Shown here: positions 50,634 to 63,000 of the stretch, one piece after another
How the letters are laid out: each line of letters starts with the position of its first letter
How positions within the stretch are numbered: the stretch's first letter is position 1
Assembly (NCBI GenBank): GCA_030704615.1
Contig: CM060731.1
Location: 1,984,001 to 2,048,000 of the forward strand
Source: Takakia lepidozioides
Lineage: Eukaryota; Plantae; Bryophyta
Length of the DNA: 64,000 bases
Reading direction: 5' to 3'
Notes under the pieces: generated by a model
Told to the model about the DNA's origin: nothing
Database searches by the model: none
Seen by the model: only the letters and a program-made list of their open reading frames with translations
Made by a program: the position numbers and the translations under genes

Positions 50634-53600
50634 CTCGGGGCCGCTGTCAAACCTTTTGTGTAAGTCCAAGGTATGGGTGTGGAACACCTTTTGTGGCCAA
50701 GCTTTTGCCGAGTTGAAGCAGCGGATGGCAGAAGCTCCAGTCTGAAAAATTCCGGAGTTTGACCATCCATTTGAGATTCATACAGATGCGTCGGACTTCA
50801 CAATTGGGGTGTGCTCATGCAGGATGGACGTCCAGTGGCTTACGAAGGTAAGAAACTGAATGAAATGGAGCGACGGTGGCCAACGCACGAGAAAGAGATG
50901 AAGGTGGCGGTGCATTGCCTTGAGCTTTGGCTATATTGGTTCCAACTCGGTGAAGGTGTTCACGGACAATGTCACGGTGAAGTATTTTGCCACGAAGCCT
51001 AAGTTGTCCCCAAAACAACTTAGGTGGCAAGACACTTTGACAGAGTTCGATGTGGATATCCAGTACAAACCGGGACGGGACAATGTGGTGGCCGATGCTT
51101 TAAGTAGAAAGCAGCAGCTCATGTTGGTGTACAGGGGCGAGACGGCGCTCCAAAGGAAAATCCGGAAGGCTTACCGGAAGGATGAGATGGCGAAGGCCGT
51201 GATGCAGGACTTGAGGATGGGGGTTAAATCGCAGTTCCACTTGCAAAATGGACTGCTCCGGTACAAGCAAAAGCGTCTCTATGTGGCGAAGGGAGGGATC
51301 AGAGATAGTCTCTTGAGAGAATGTCATGATGGCCCGCTTGTGGGCCACGGCGGAGCCAAGCGCACCGCGGCACTCCTGAAGAAAGAGTATTTGGCCCAAA
51401 CTGAGAGAGGAGGCCGAGGAGTATGTCAAGACATGCACCACATGCCAACAAAACCAGAGCAAGTACAAAAAGCAAGCGGGGCTGTTACAACCCTTGCCGA
51501 TTCCAGAGGGGTCTTGGGAAAGTGTCTCGATGGTGAAGCAGATCTTGCGGAATTACGTGTCGGCAGACCAATAGGACTAGGTGGAGCACTTGGATGCGGC
51601 AGAGTTCTGTTATAATAACACAAAACACTCCGCAACTGGAGTTTCCCCTTTCGTATTGGTCTATGGAAAAGCACCTCTGGTGCCGACAAGTTGGGCGCCC
51701 AAGACGTTGAGGAACCGGCAGCAGCAGCGGTGCTGGAAGAACGCGAGCATTTGTTGAAGCTCGCAAAGTACAACATTGCCAAAGCTAGGAAACGGTATGA
51801 ACGGCAGGCAAATCGGAAGCGGAGGGAAGTTAAGTTTGAGGCAGGCACGGAGGTCTGGTTGAACATCAAGAATTTCCGACTACCTCCGGAAGTGAGTCCG
51901 AAGTTCGTACCTCCGTATGCGGGACCCTTTCGCATCCGGAAGGTTATGAATGAGGATGTGTATGAATTGGAGCTGCCGGCAAACAACAAGGTACATCCGG
52001 TATTCCACGTCTCCCTTTTGAAGCTTTACTTCAAAGATGAAGCGCGTCCGAATCCACATCAAGTGTTGCTTCCGCCACCTGTGCTGTTGGATCATGAAAA
52101 TGAACCTGAGTACAAGATGGAGGCAGTGCTTAAGTCGATGAGGTTCAAGAATCGAGAAATAGAGTATCTCGTGAAATGGAAGGGCTATCATCATGTGGAG
52201 GCATCTTGGGTGCGTGCCTCAGAAATGGGAAACGCATCCGAGGCGGTTGCAGCTTTCGAAGGGCGACCTCAAAAGCGGAAGAAGCGTTGATGGGGACATC
52301 AACCTTGGATTGTGGGGGAGGAAATGCATGTTTAGCCCGGCTTAGCTAGCTCAGGAATCCGATTGCAAAAACTTGTATTGTACAAATTTTGTTATAAATG
52401 AAATGGTTTCCAAATGTTGTGCGTCCTATTTTGTTTGGAATGGTGATGCATGGTTTGGTTGGCTAGTGTGTAGAATGCATGCTAGCTTACAAAAGTGGGA
52501 GAGGTAAATTGGATTAATCGTGTGTTTGCGTAGTGCCGAAATCGGGTGACTCCCATCCAAGGGGCAAGGAAACTTGCACCTTCTTTGGGAGTTCAAGTGC
52601 TAGTGTGCACCTGGCGCGTGCGCGTACTATAACTGCGTTACCGAGGGGGTTGCTTTGTAGTGCGGGCTAACGCGGAAGCTACGTGCTTCCATTCACGTAC
52701 TATAAACGTGTAGCCTCGGGACGAAGTCGTAGTGCGGCTTCGGCGTGTTCCCGTACCTCAGGCCGGCATTCCAAGGCGGACCCAATTGTAGTGATTGGGG
52801 CGCACGGTTGGTTCAAGGTTATCTTCCTAGTCAAAAAGGGTTCAAGGTGAACCCTTGCTCAAGGTGATGCCAAAAGCGGCAACATGAGCGGTCGCAAGCA
52901 ATGTAGTTGCAGTAAGGCGATTCGATGCTCGGGGAGGATCGTTCCTTGGCCCTGAAGTGGGCCAAGAAGAGTGCACTAGGAGGAGCTTGAGAGGCTCCAC
53001 CCTTGGCCGGGACTTGGAGGAAGTTGGCCGAACTAGCTAGTGGAGAGTAGAGTCAAGTGGGGGTTTGGTTCTTTGCCATGGGACGCCGTGGTACGGAAAC
53101 AAACTCCTTGATGTGGGACGCCACAATTTGGATGTTCGTTTCTACAGAATGGACAAGTCGATGAGGACATCGACTCCCTGTTGGTAGGGGTGTCTGTCGC
53201 GGCCCTTTGCCTTGAGGGAAGGGGGTTGGGACACAAGAGGGGCTGCCCCTGTGGTGGGGGTAGTGGCAACAATAGATAGGGGGGTTGAAGCACCCTTGAG
53301 TGCCCAAAGCACTCAAGGAGGCGAAGGCGCTCACTAGGTGGAGCCCCGCACACCGGGTTGCGGTGGGGGTGGTTCCACGAGGGGTGGTGGTAGCTTAGTG
53401 GGTCTTAATGGGGGTGGCATAGGACTCACCACAGGGCGGAAAGCTTGTGGTGGGAGTCGTGGGGAGTCTTGGGACTCATCACGGTCCAATGGGGCCGTGG
53501 TAGGTGGGCCAAGACTCACCGCGACTCATCACCGAGAGTCGAGGGTTTTCGTGGTGGTTCGCCATAAAATGGCAGGGTTGTTTGTGAAACCCCCGCAGAC

Positions 53601-54734
53601 AGTCACAGAAGTATATATAAGGAGTAGTAACCTCGAGAACGGTGCAAGCCCGTTGGTGACCAAAAACTAGTGAGTAAGCGTGCGAGCCGGAAAGCGACCA
53701 AGGGGTGGGGAGCTATTCCGGACTGCCAACATCCAAAGGGAATTTCTACTAGGCCCAAATTGAGAGAGGGTCTTGTGGAGGAATAAAGGGGGACCGTTAT
53801 GTCCCGGTGAGCAGCCGAAGCTCCGAGTTGGCCCGGCGGCCAGTTTGGGAGTTAGGCGCGCGCATCAAAGCGGGCAACTATGACTTGAAGGGGAGCTTAC
53901 CGAAGTGAGGTGCGCAACACACAGAGCTACACAAGATTCGTTGCAGAAGTCTGGTCTTAATTCATTGCGAACTTGAGCATTTGAGGTTAAAAAAAAAAAA
54001 ACATATACCAAACCGGCCGTTGCTGCAGTATTATGGGAGTCAGTATGAGTATGGCCTACAACAGCCATAATACTAATAAAGCTCACAATGAATGTTGCGA
54101 GTATCTGATGTCCCAACCCCCCAAACAAACTTGCATTGAATTCATCATATCACCCAGTCTGACATAGCAAAGTCTCAATTTAGCTTGCCTGTCAAACTTC
54201 AAGCTCACAAATTGTCTCACTAATGGCTCTCATCTCCATGTTAACTCAAAGCACATTACACTCTACAGTTACTGTTTTATTGAAAGGAAGGTGTAAGTAA
54301 AGAGTAGTTCCCTCTCTGCAATTCATGAAGAACAATGCCCCTGACAACCTGCATTTGAAATTAAAATGTGTCTAAACTATTCCACATGGGAAAAGGAGGC
54401 ACAAGAACCTTGCATGACGTACAAGAAAACACGTTGAACAACATAACGAGGGAGTAAACTTTCAAGCAGTTAACCCAAAGATAGAAAGCCAACCTGAAGA
54501 CGAATAGAGAGCCAAAGGCTAGCTGCTAGCTCTGAGTATGAGGTAGCATACACGTTTTCATGTCCTCTCAATTCTCCTTGATCCACTTTGTCCAATGGGA
54601 CCTTCAGGCCCCCTGTAGCTATCAAAGACTTTCTTTCTATCTATCTTAGACAATCCCTTGAGCTTTAGTTACTTTCGGGCTGTTGCTTGTTTCTTTCTTC
54701 ATCTTGTCCCATAAGCTCTCTTTGAGCTTCACGC

Positions 54735-55525
54735 ATTGTTTGCCACTAGGGTAGGGTTCAGAATGACAAACCGTACAATTCCAGCTTTGCCGATGTTACC
54801 ATGGACCTTTGTGCTCATTTATAGGGCTGCCACACTCACACACGCAGTTATCGGGCTCGACCCTGCACGGTTTAGGCTACTCCAATTGGTTGTCCACCAG
54901 GGCAGTGTTCAAAATGTCATCTAGTACAAATCCAGCTTTGACGATGTCACCATGGACCACTTTGCTCGTTTCTAGGGCTGCCAGGCTCGCGCACACATTG
55001 CTGGACACCAAGACAATGTTCAGAATGACAAATAGTACAATTTCAGCTTTGATCATGTCATTGTGGACCACTTTGCCTATTTTCAGGGCTGCCAAGCTCG
55101 CACACGCATTGTTGGCCACCAAGGTAGGGTTCAGAATGACACACCATACAATTCCAGCTTTGCCGATGTCACCATGGACCTTTGTGCTCATTTATAGGGC
55201 TGCCACGTAGTTTTAGGCTACTCCAATTGGCTGTCCACTAGGGCAGTGTACAAAATGTCATCTAGTACAAATCCAGCTTTGACGATGTCACCATGGACCA
55301 CTTTGCCCATTTCTAGGGCTGCCAGGCTCGCGCACACATTGCTGGCCACCAAGACAATGTTCAGAATGACAAATAGTACAATTTCAGCTTTGATCATGTC
55401 ACCGTGGACCGCTTTGCCTATTTTCAGGGCTGCCAATCCTACACACGCATTGTTGGCCACTAGGGTAGGGTTCAGAATGACACACCGTACAATTCCAGCT
55501 TTGCCGATGTCACCATGGACCTGCA
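54735..55525 (-). repeat. Tandemly amplified PPR L-motif-derived repeats (~96-bp units within a ~340-bp duplication)
   Basis: ACASLAAL(K/E).GK.VHGD.(I/V)KA.....VILN is repeated. 54870-55208 closely matches 55210-55525. Confidence 0.85.
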
Positions 55526-55574
55526 ACTAGCAGCTAAAGTAGCTGACATTGACGCCCTAACCCTACCTACAATA

Positions 55575-56495
55575 ACATGTCAAAATCACTCCAAAACCAC
55601 CATAGATCCACCAACGAGTTTCTCTCATCTATGTTATCTGTTTTTGGATACTTTTATGCTGCCACATTGGCAGTAACTTGTCAAAGTCACTCCTAACCAC
55701 CACAGATCCACCCAACGAGCTAACTTACAGAATTCAATATGCATCTCAGGGCCGAGTCTGATGAGAGGGTAAAACAGGCAGAAATAGGTTGAAGAAGAAG
55801 GTGCCCTCACCACATTGTCGACCTTGACCTTGTGTCATGACCCATGGAGGATTTGACCGACCATGAACCCAAAGAACCTCTTGTGTGTGCTGCTTGTGTC
55901 TGTAGTCAGGTACTGTCAGATTGGTCTGTGAGAACCACCACGGTGCAGCTGAGCAGGCAGAGATTGAAACACGGCTTGCTAAGACCAAGTTGACATCAGG
56001 AAGACTACCATATCATGGTACTAACAGGAGCCAACAGCCCACATTTACGGGATGGACAAACTTCTTCACATCGTACATTAAGAAAATGCCACACCTTGCG
56101 ATTGTGGTTGTCGCACCATCGTGAAGGATCTTTAAAAAAACTCATGCCAGCTCTGCTCCGTGCTGCAAATTCAGGGCCAAGTCTGATGAGAGGGCAAAAC
56201 AAGGTGAAATAGGTCGAAGAAGAAGATGCCCTCACCACATTGTCCTCGACCTTGTGTCATGACCCATGGAGGATTTGACTGACCATGAACCCAAGAGGAC
56301 CTCTTGTGTATGCTGCTTGTGTAGTCAGATAGATAATGTCGGATTGGTCTGTGAGAACCACCACGGTGCAGCTGAGTGGGCAGAGATTGAAACACGGCCT
56401 ACTATCGCGATGCTTCGGCACTAAGAAGACGCAGACCCCAAAAAACACTAAGCCCCAGCCCCTGCAACACTGCGACCTAGCAACCCTAAATTCGA
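55575..56495 (-). pseudogene. OSB-type PDF-motif fragments, duplicated, plus a putative 5' leader (cargo copy 3)
   Basis: PWWFSQTNLTVPDYRHKQHTQEVLWVHGRSNPPWV and SFFKDPSRWCDNHNRK. The leader (..gcgacctagcaaccctaaattcgagc) is shared with 41580-41670. Confidence 0.8.
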
Positions 56496-58169
56496 GCACA
56501 TTCATCGTAATTCATCCTAATTCATTCATCCTAATTCATCCTAAACATTCATTCATCCATTCATTCATTCATTCATTCATATAACTACTAGAAGACACGC
56601 AATTCAATTTAGTTTCACTGTCCGTTTACTAGACTATGGTTATGTAGTTACTCTATATCACTATCGCTAATATTAGTCAATTGTTTGTACACTTAACGTA
56701 TTTAAGTCAGTGAAATAATAGTTAAAACTTTCTCCACTGATTTATCCTAAACTTATTTGAATTAAAATATATATCATAAAAACACGTTGTCATCTTTTAT
56801 TAGTGGTGTCAGTTCGTTGAATATGTTTCACTACATTTGTAATTATTGCCCCTACTGCCGTGAAAATTATTCCCTGTGTCTATTATTTTAGTATTGTTTG
56901 TGACTACAAAAGTGAAAAGCAACAATAGTCGAGCCTACAATGAAACTTGAAAGTTGAATATACAAAGGGTGTGGCTTAGTGCCCGCGAGCAATGATATGT
57001 GGACACGTCGTCATTTGAAATCACATCCTACATCTGTTTCATCCATTTATCTTTGCATCGTCCACCTAGACACTCCTTGGGCAACCGGCAATCGCCACGT
57101 GCAGTCATGAATATTGGCAGTCATACATTCCCATGCCCACGCCATCTTGTTGTAGTTTTGGCCATGACTCGTAGTCGTATCTACCATCTCCCCTTATATG
57201 GTCAAATGTGTTTGACCGCAGATCCTGACGTGGCAGAGGTACAAGGTGGCATATACGACTTCTAGTGGTCACCATTGGCATCCAGGACTGCCCCCTTGCA
57301 TTTTGCAGACATATATGCCACGACTGGGCAAATGTGGCAGACCTTAAGGCCAGGATCTGTTGTAGTGTTCATGCACGGAAGCTAAATGTGGCAAGTGAGT
57401 GGGCTCTCTCTTTGAAACTCCATCAAGCGCGTTACTTTGCTATGGCTGCAGCAGAGTTGAAACATGAAAGAAAAGGGGCAATAGAGGAATCAGTAGATTG
57501 TTTTCTATGAAGCCTCATGTATGCCCTACCTCCTGCCATGTAGATATGGTTGCAAGAAACCAAAAAACAAGGTAAGGAGTAGAAGTAGATCCTCATTGGA
57601 GCCAAATTGAGCCAGGTATGCATCCGTATGGTGGCCGTTTTGACGCAGCAACAGGCTCAGCAGCAGGCAACAACAACATCCACTTTTGCAAGAATAGGAA
57701 CTGCAAGCTTCAAGAAATCAGGACAAGTGAAGACCCTCACCTGTGCCCGTCCCAAAAACCACCACATAAAGATGTGTGTTAGTGAGGATGCATCAGGTGA
57801 GTGGCAGGTCTTCACAGTTGCTATCCATGTCAGTGCTGAATTCTAAAGCATGTACAGATCACTCAGAAAGCATGCAAATGAGGTGTGTGGGTTGCCCTGA
57901 TTGCTGAAAAATCCCAGGATGCAGAGGACGAGAAGACCATTAAAGCAGTTAAAGCAGCATATAAGAGAAAATTAATCCGCAATACTCAAATCCACGCATA
58001 TCAGTGGACAATATGAGAAAGTTAAAGATGGCATAGAAAAGCCGAGTGTTTACTCACTGAGAATTTGGGCGTCACAAAGTAGTGGATCTGATGAGACCAT
58101 AGTCGGCCAGGATCCTGGGGGCACACTATGGGAACCAAAGACAAGGGTCCCGAACTAACATTGCCTTCA

Positions 58170-59600
58170 TCTCATTTATGGTGAGCGTAGGGTGGTTTAT
58201 GTCCTCCGAGTCTTCCCGCATCTTCAGGCGGCGCAACATAATATAGTATATATGCTTGCAATGGGTGTAAGCGGATTTGGACCTTTTCCTTTTGCAAAGT
58301 CAGGGCAGGTGCACTCCGGACTTCTGGAGATGCAGACATTGTACACCTCCCCTGCTTTGGCTGATCCCGGTGTGCAGAGTGTGTACACACAACCAATTCC
58401 AGGGCGGGGAACATCTTTGAATGATTGCACAATTGCCTTCAAAGATTGTCCTAGCTCGATCTTCTTGCGGGCTTGTGCACTCAATGGGTTTTGCCGATAT
58501 ATTTTCCCTATCTCTTGGTGGCATATGTGTCCAGATCCAGGTGATTCCTAACATCCGCAACACTGTCCCACTCATCCTCGACAGTGCTCTTGTCGTCAAT
58601 AAGAACAAGTCAAAATCCAGCTTGGGTCAAGGCGTCAACCTCCTCCTGACTGAAATTTGTCCCAACCATCACAGGCCACACGTCAGGAACATCAGGTCTG
58701 TCGAGCACATATCGCCCTGCTTCACCACTAACGCAGTACATGATATTTGTTGGACAATGCCACATTTCCATCATCTTTGGTTTTGCCGAAGCCGGAGGAT
58801 GGTGGTGACCAACATATCTTGGAGCAGGAACACCCAAACTGTGGAGTGGCCGGATTTTTTCTTTGCATGGCTATTCACCGTACTGCCCAGTACTTCACTC
58901 GTGAAATGTTCAAGGTCCGAGCGATGTGCCAGCATGTTGTGGACACGACGGTCTCCAAAACCGGCTTTCTGTTCTATACTGGAAGGTCATCCTCCAAGGT
59001 GTCTACAGACATGTCTATAGTAGTTGTGCGCACTCTTTGTCCACCGGCACTTTTAGGGCACTTGGGTGTGGTGCGGAGGTATGTCAGACCTCCATGAATG
59101 AAGGTGTTCCTCGTCTTGTAAGTTGCCGAGAACAATCTTCCGCTTCGTTGTTCGAGTGAGAAGGTCACCCTCGAGCCCTGGATTTCTACCATGGAGAGGA
59201 GTGCCCTCCACAAAACTTCTTACCGCCTTAGAGGATCTGAAGGGATACTTTTAGGGCACGCCCGTGCTAGTAATTGTTCGCGGTTGGGACCGGAACCCTT
59301 TGCACCACCCTTCAGATAATTGTTGTAGGACGATGATTGCAGAATTGCCCTTGTCATGTTGTTTCGGGTGGTTGTGTACAGGTCCACCTTCAAGACACCA
59401 CTCCCGGCCTGCCAGCTCGCATGCACGGACTCAAACATGTTAACATTTGGCATTGCTGCGTCGTCCTCCAGATCCAGTCCCTGCAAGTCACATCTCCAGC
59501 GGCATCAAAACAAGGTATGTGTGGCCAACGGAAAAGCCCAAGTCTGAAGAATGACGTTCATCGAAACGATCAACTGTAGTTATCGGTACCCACTATAGCC
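58170..59600 (-). pseudogene. Transposase C-terminal half with a SWIM finger
   Basis: NMFESVHASW...YLKGGAKGSGP and YNVCISRSPECTCPDF..CKHIYY, broken by frameshifts. Confidence 0.7.
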
Positions 59601-60022
59601 ATCGAATGCTTCAACATCCGGCGACCCAAAAGTCCGTGCCGACTTTGTGCATGCATAAACATCCGGAACAATGACTATACTGAAGTCGTTACCAATCTTT
59701 ACCATAGGTGTGCAATATGCCTCTCATTGAGGAGTACTTTGGGAACCTAATCTTATAGTCGGTGCAGACTATAAGCAGTTGACATTAGTGCCATCTGCTA
59801 TGCTATAGTCGGAGCAGACTACACAATGAATGTTCTGCTCATGTCAGCTGTACTTCTTGTCAGCGGAGCCACTATCAAAGCAACACATTTTGGAGTACTT
59901 TGGAAAACCTTATCTTATAGTCTGCAGTCGGTGCAGACTATAAGCCACAATACTGCCATTTCAATCGATTACTATAGTCGGTGTAGACTAGTACACAAAC
60001 AATGCTTTGCTCATGTCAGGAT

Positions 60023-63000
60023 TGTGACGTGCGCATACATATCGCCACACAACTACATCGTTGTCCAAAACCACACAACACATGTGCACACCACACACTA
60101 GTATACCACTAGTCTACCACTAGTCCAGCCACTAGTCCAACCACTAGGCTGCCACTAGTCAGTCGTTAGGCTGCCCACTATGGTAGTCACTAGTCCACCA
60201 CAATCGCCCCCCTAGCTGGTGCTTAGGTCCCTCTAAGTCCAGGTAGCCACAAGATGTGATAGTAACCGTAGCCTCACTAAGTCCTCCACCACTGTCCCTA
60301 CTACACTTAAACTCAATAGATCAAGAGGCCGGGTGCAAGAGTTGCCCCATCGTTAGTTGCCGTCTTGCAACCTGTGAACTTGAACCTGGGATCCCGTGTA
60401 TTGACTCCTATGAGCTTGGCCTCCTATGTCTTGTTAGCTGCCTCTAGTCATATCCACTGCCACTCATCCAAGCAGTGTGGACACAACCAATCTCCATCAG
60501 GAACCTTCTCAAGAGGTGGTGTCAAGCATCCCATGTGCCAACCTCTTGAGCATCGATCACACACCAACATGGTGCCTGCCCCTTTGGCAGACCCACAGAG
60601 CATGCACCTCAAACCTGAAGGTACCACTGCCAAGTTTGGGTCAACTCTGCCATCGACATTGGGAAGGTGATATGGCACACAATTACGCACATGGTCTTTC
60701 CAAGTCATGCCATCCCGACCCTCCAAGATCAGGACTCCTGAGGGCAACACCTCTCGAACCCTCATAATAACACGCCCTGCAGTGACATCCAGGGTCGTAG
60801 GAGCAGTCTGCTGCAAATAAACATAGTCACCAGGGCTAAACCTCCGAACTATGACGATATCCTCCACCACATATAGTGGCATACCTCAACGTATGACGGT
60901 GTTGTGCAATGGCAAGGTTCTCAAAAGCCATGGGCATGACTTTCTTGAACAACTCTGCACGCTGATCACATGCACGTACCCACACGTCCGGATCGTCAAG
61001 GTTAAGGACTTGAGCAGTGTCCCTACAAATGGCTGCAGACAAATCCGGCTCTCGGCCAAAGAGAAAGAAATATGGTGAGAAAGAAGCAAGTGATGCTTGT
61101 TTGCTAAACCTGTAGCCCATGGCTAACCAAGGCACCTGAAGATCCTAATCTCCTAGATATCCTTTTTGCAAGCCATACTTGCGTAAACCCCTCTTCACTG
61201 TCTGAACAATTCTCTCTGCTAAGCCATCGGCCTCAAGATGATCCCGAGAAGTGGTGCGGTGGTCTATCAAGGCTTTATCACACAAAGCCTGAAACTCCCC
61301 CAAGAACTCTCTCCCTTGGTCCGTGAGTACCTCAGCTGGAGCACCGAATCGGCTACGCACACGATCCAAGAATGCATACGCAGCCTCCTCACTAGCCTTG
61401 TCGGACAATGGAACCAACTCAATCCACTTGGAGAAGTGCTCCACCATCACCAACACATATCTGTGGTGGCGCATAGTCAGTGGCAACGGTCCTGCGAAGT
61501 CAAGACTCCACCTGTAGCCCAATCCCATGATTAGTAAAGGATGCAACTGAGGTGTAGGGGCGTTGAATGAAGCACGCACCCTATCACACACCATGCATCT
61601 AGCCACAAAGTGTTGCACCTCTGTATGCATACCACGCCACCAATACTGCCCCTGCGGTAAACTATGAGTGCGTCGCACTCCAAAATGCCCTAACTCCTCA
61701 TGGGCATGCCGCACTAACCGTGCACGTTGTGTTGGGTGAGGCACAATCCTCACCCGACCATCCTCCCACACTCGGAGCAGGTGTATCCCCTCCCACTTGA
61801 ACCTCTTGGTTCGTTGCAGGATCCGATCCCTCTCCCTGGCAGTCACAGTGGCTGCCGTGTCTCTAGTACGGAGGTAGTCCAACACAGCCGAATCCTCATG
61901 TATATCTCTAGTACCACCTGGCTCATCACTAGCCTCAGGGTCCTCAGATACTCCGTCTACAGTCATCCCTGTTGTAGGTCCAACCTGACCTCCTGATGCT
62001 AAGATACACAAAAATGCAGATGCGTGCCATCCCGGCACCATCTCCTTGTCCGTCTCACCATGCCACCGAGCTCCAGTGTCATCCTGTTGGCTCATGCATG
62101 GATTGCAACTCAATCCATCTGCATCCCGATTGACCAAACCCGGTCGATGCACAAACTAAAAGTCATACTCCTGGAGTATGAGTGCCCACCGTGCAAGCTT
62201 CCCCGTAAGCTTGTCTGACTCCATCAACCACTTGAGTGGCTGGTGATCCATGACAAGGGTGAAGAGATTGCTGTATAGATAGCACCTAAAGTGTGCCACG
62301 GCCCACACTACAGCTAAGCACTCTCCCTCATATGAGCTATACTTAGCCTCTGCAGCGTTGTTTGAGCGACTAGCATAATCCACTACGAACTCTCTTCCCT
62401 CATCATCCACCTGTGTGAGCACCGCTCCAAGCCCCAGCATGCTCCAATCCATATGCAGCTGAAAGGGACGCCCCCTGATAGGTCGTCTCAAGATAGGCGC
62501 CGAGGTCAACCTCGCCTTGAGCTCTTGAAAAGCTCGTTCCTGCTCATCTTCCCACTGCCACTCCTGGTCCACCTTGGTCAGCTTGGTTAGAGCCTTTGCA
62601 ATGGCACTAAATCCCTTGACAAACCATCTATAATAGTTTGCCAACCCCATGGAAGCTCGAGCTCGGCTCACATCCGTGGGGCGTGGAATTTGTGGAATGG
62701 CCTCTACCTTAGTTTGCTGTACCCCCAATCCTCCAAAATATATCATGTGACCCAGATACTCAATCTGGTTGTGGAAAAACTTGCACTTCCCCGGATGCAA
62801 CTTCAATCCGTGCACTCTCAAGCGCTCCAATACCACCTGAAGGTGTCTCTCATGCTCCTCCACCATAGCACTAAAGATGATGATGTCATCTATGTAGCAC
62901 CGAGCAAAGTCCACCCCTGCTAGAATCCTATCCATGACTCTCTGAAACTCTGCAGGAGTGTTCTTAAGCCCAAATGGTAAGAACCGCCACTGATATAGGC

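Larger units (their letters stand above)
34867..53919 (+). mobile_element. Ty3/gypsy chromovirus (Galadriel-like), outer copy, disrupted
   Basis: LTRs at 34867-35549 and 53195-53919 (TG..CA), TSD CACAG, and tRNA-iMet PBS tggtatcagagc at 35552-35563. Gag/PR 35605-37206, RT 42665-43655, RH/INT/chromodomain 50639-52290. Confidence 0.96.
32967..57367 (-). mobile_element. 24.4-kb non-autonomous CACTA element (about 5.3 kb without the nested LTR element)
   Basis: TIR cactacaacaaatcttggcttttaggtttgc matches the reverse complement of the right end, cactacaacagatcctggccttaaggtctgc. The 3-bp TSD TTC is at 32964-32966 and 57368-57370. Subterminal atgact/cacgtgg repeats occur at both ends. Confidence 0.9.
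32430..60022 (-). mobile_element. SWIM/MULE-like DNA transposon split by the large CACTA (own parts 32430-32966 and 57368-60022)
   Basis: The same palindromic motif tatagtcgg(tgcag/caccg)actata occurs at 32750-32965 and 59750-59990. Transposase-like ORFs lie at 58170-59600. True termini are not resolved. Confidence 0.55.

Noticed and set aside
43531-53670. Many antisense and LTR-internal ORFs of 60-216 aa
   Set aside because: Shadow frames of GC-rich gag-pol and LTR sequence, with no domain signal.
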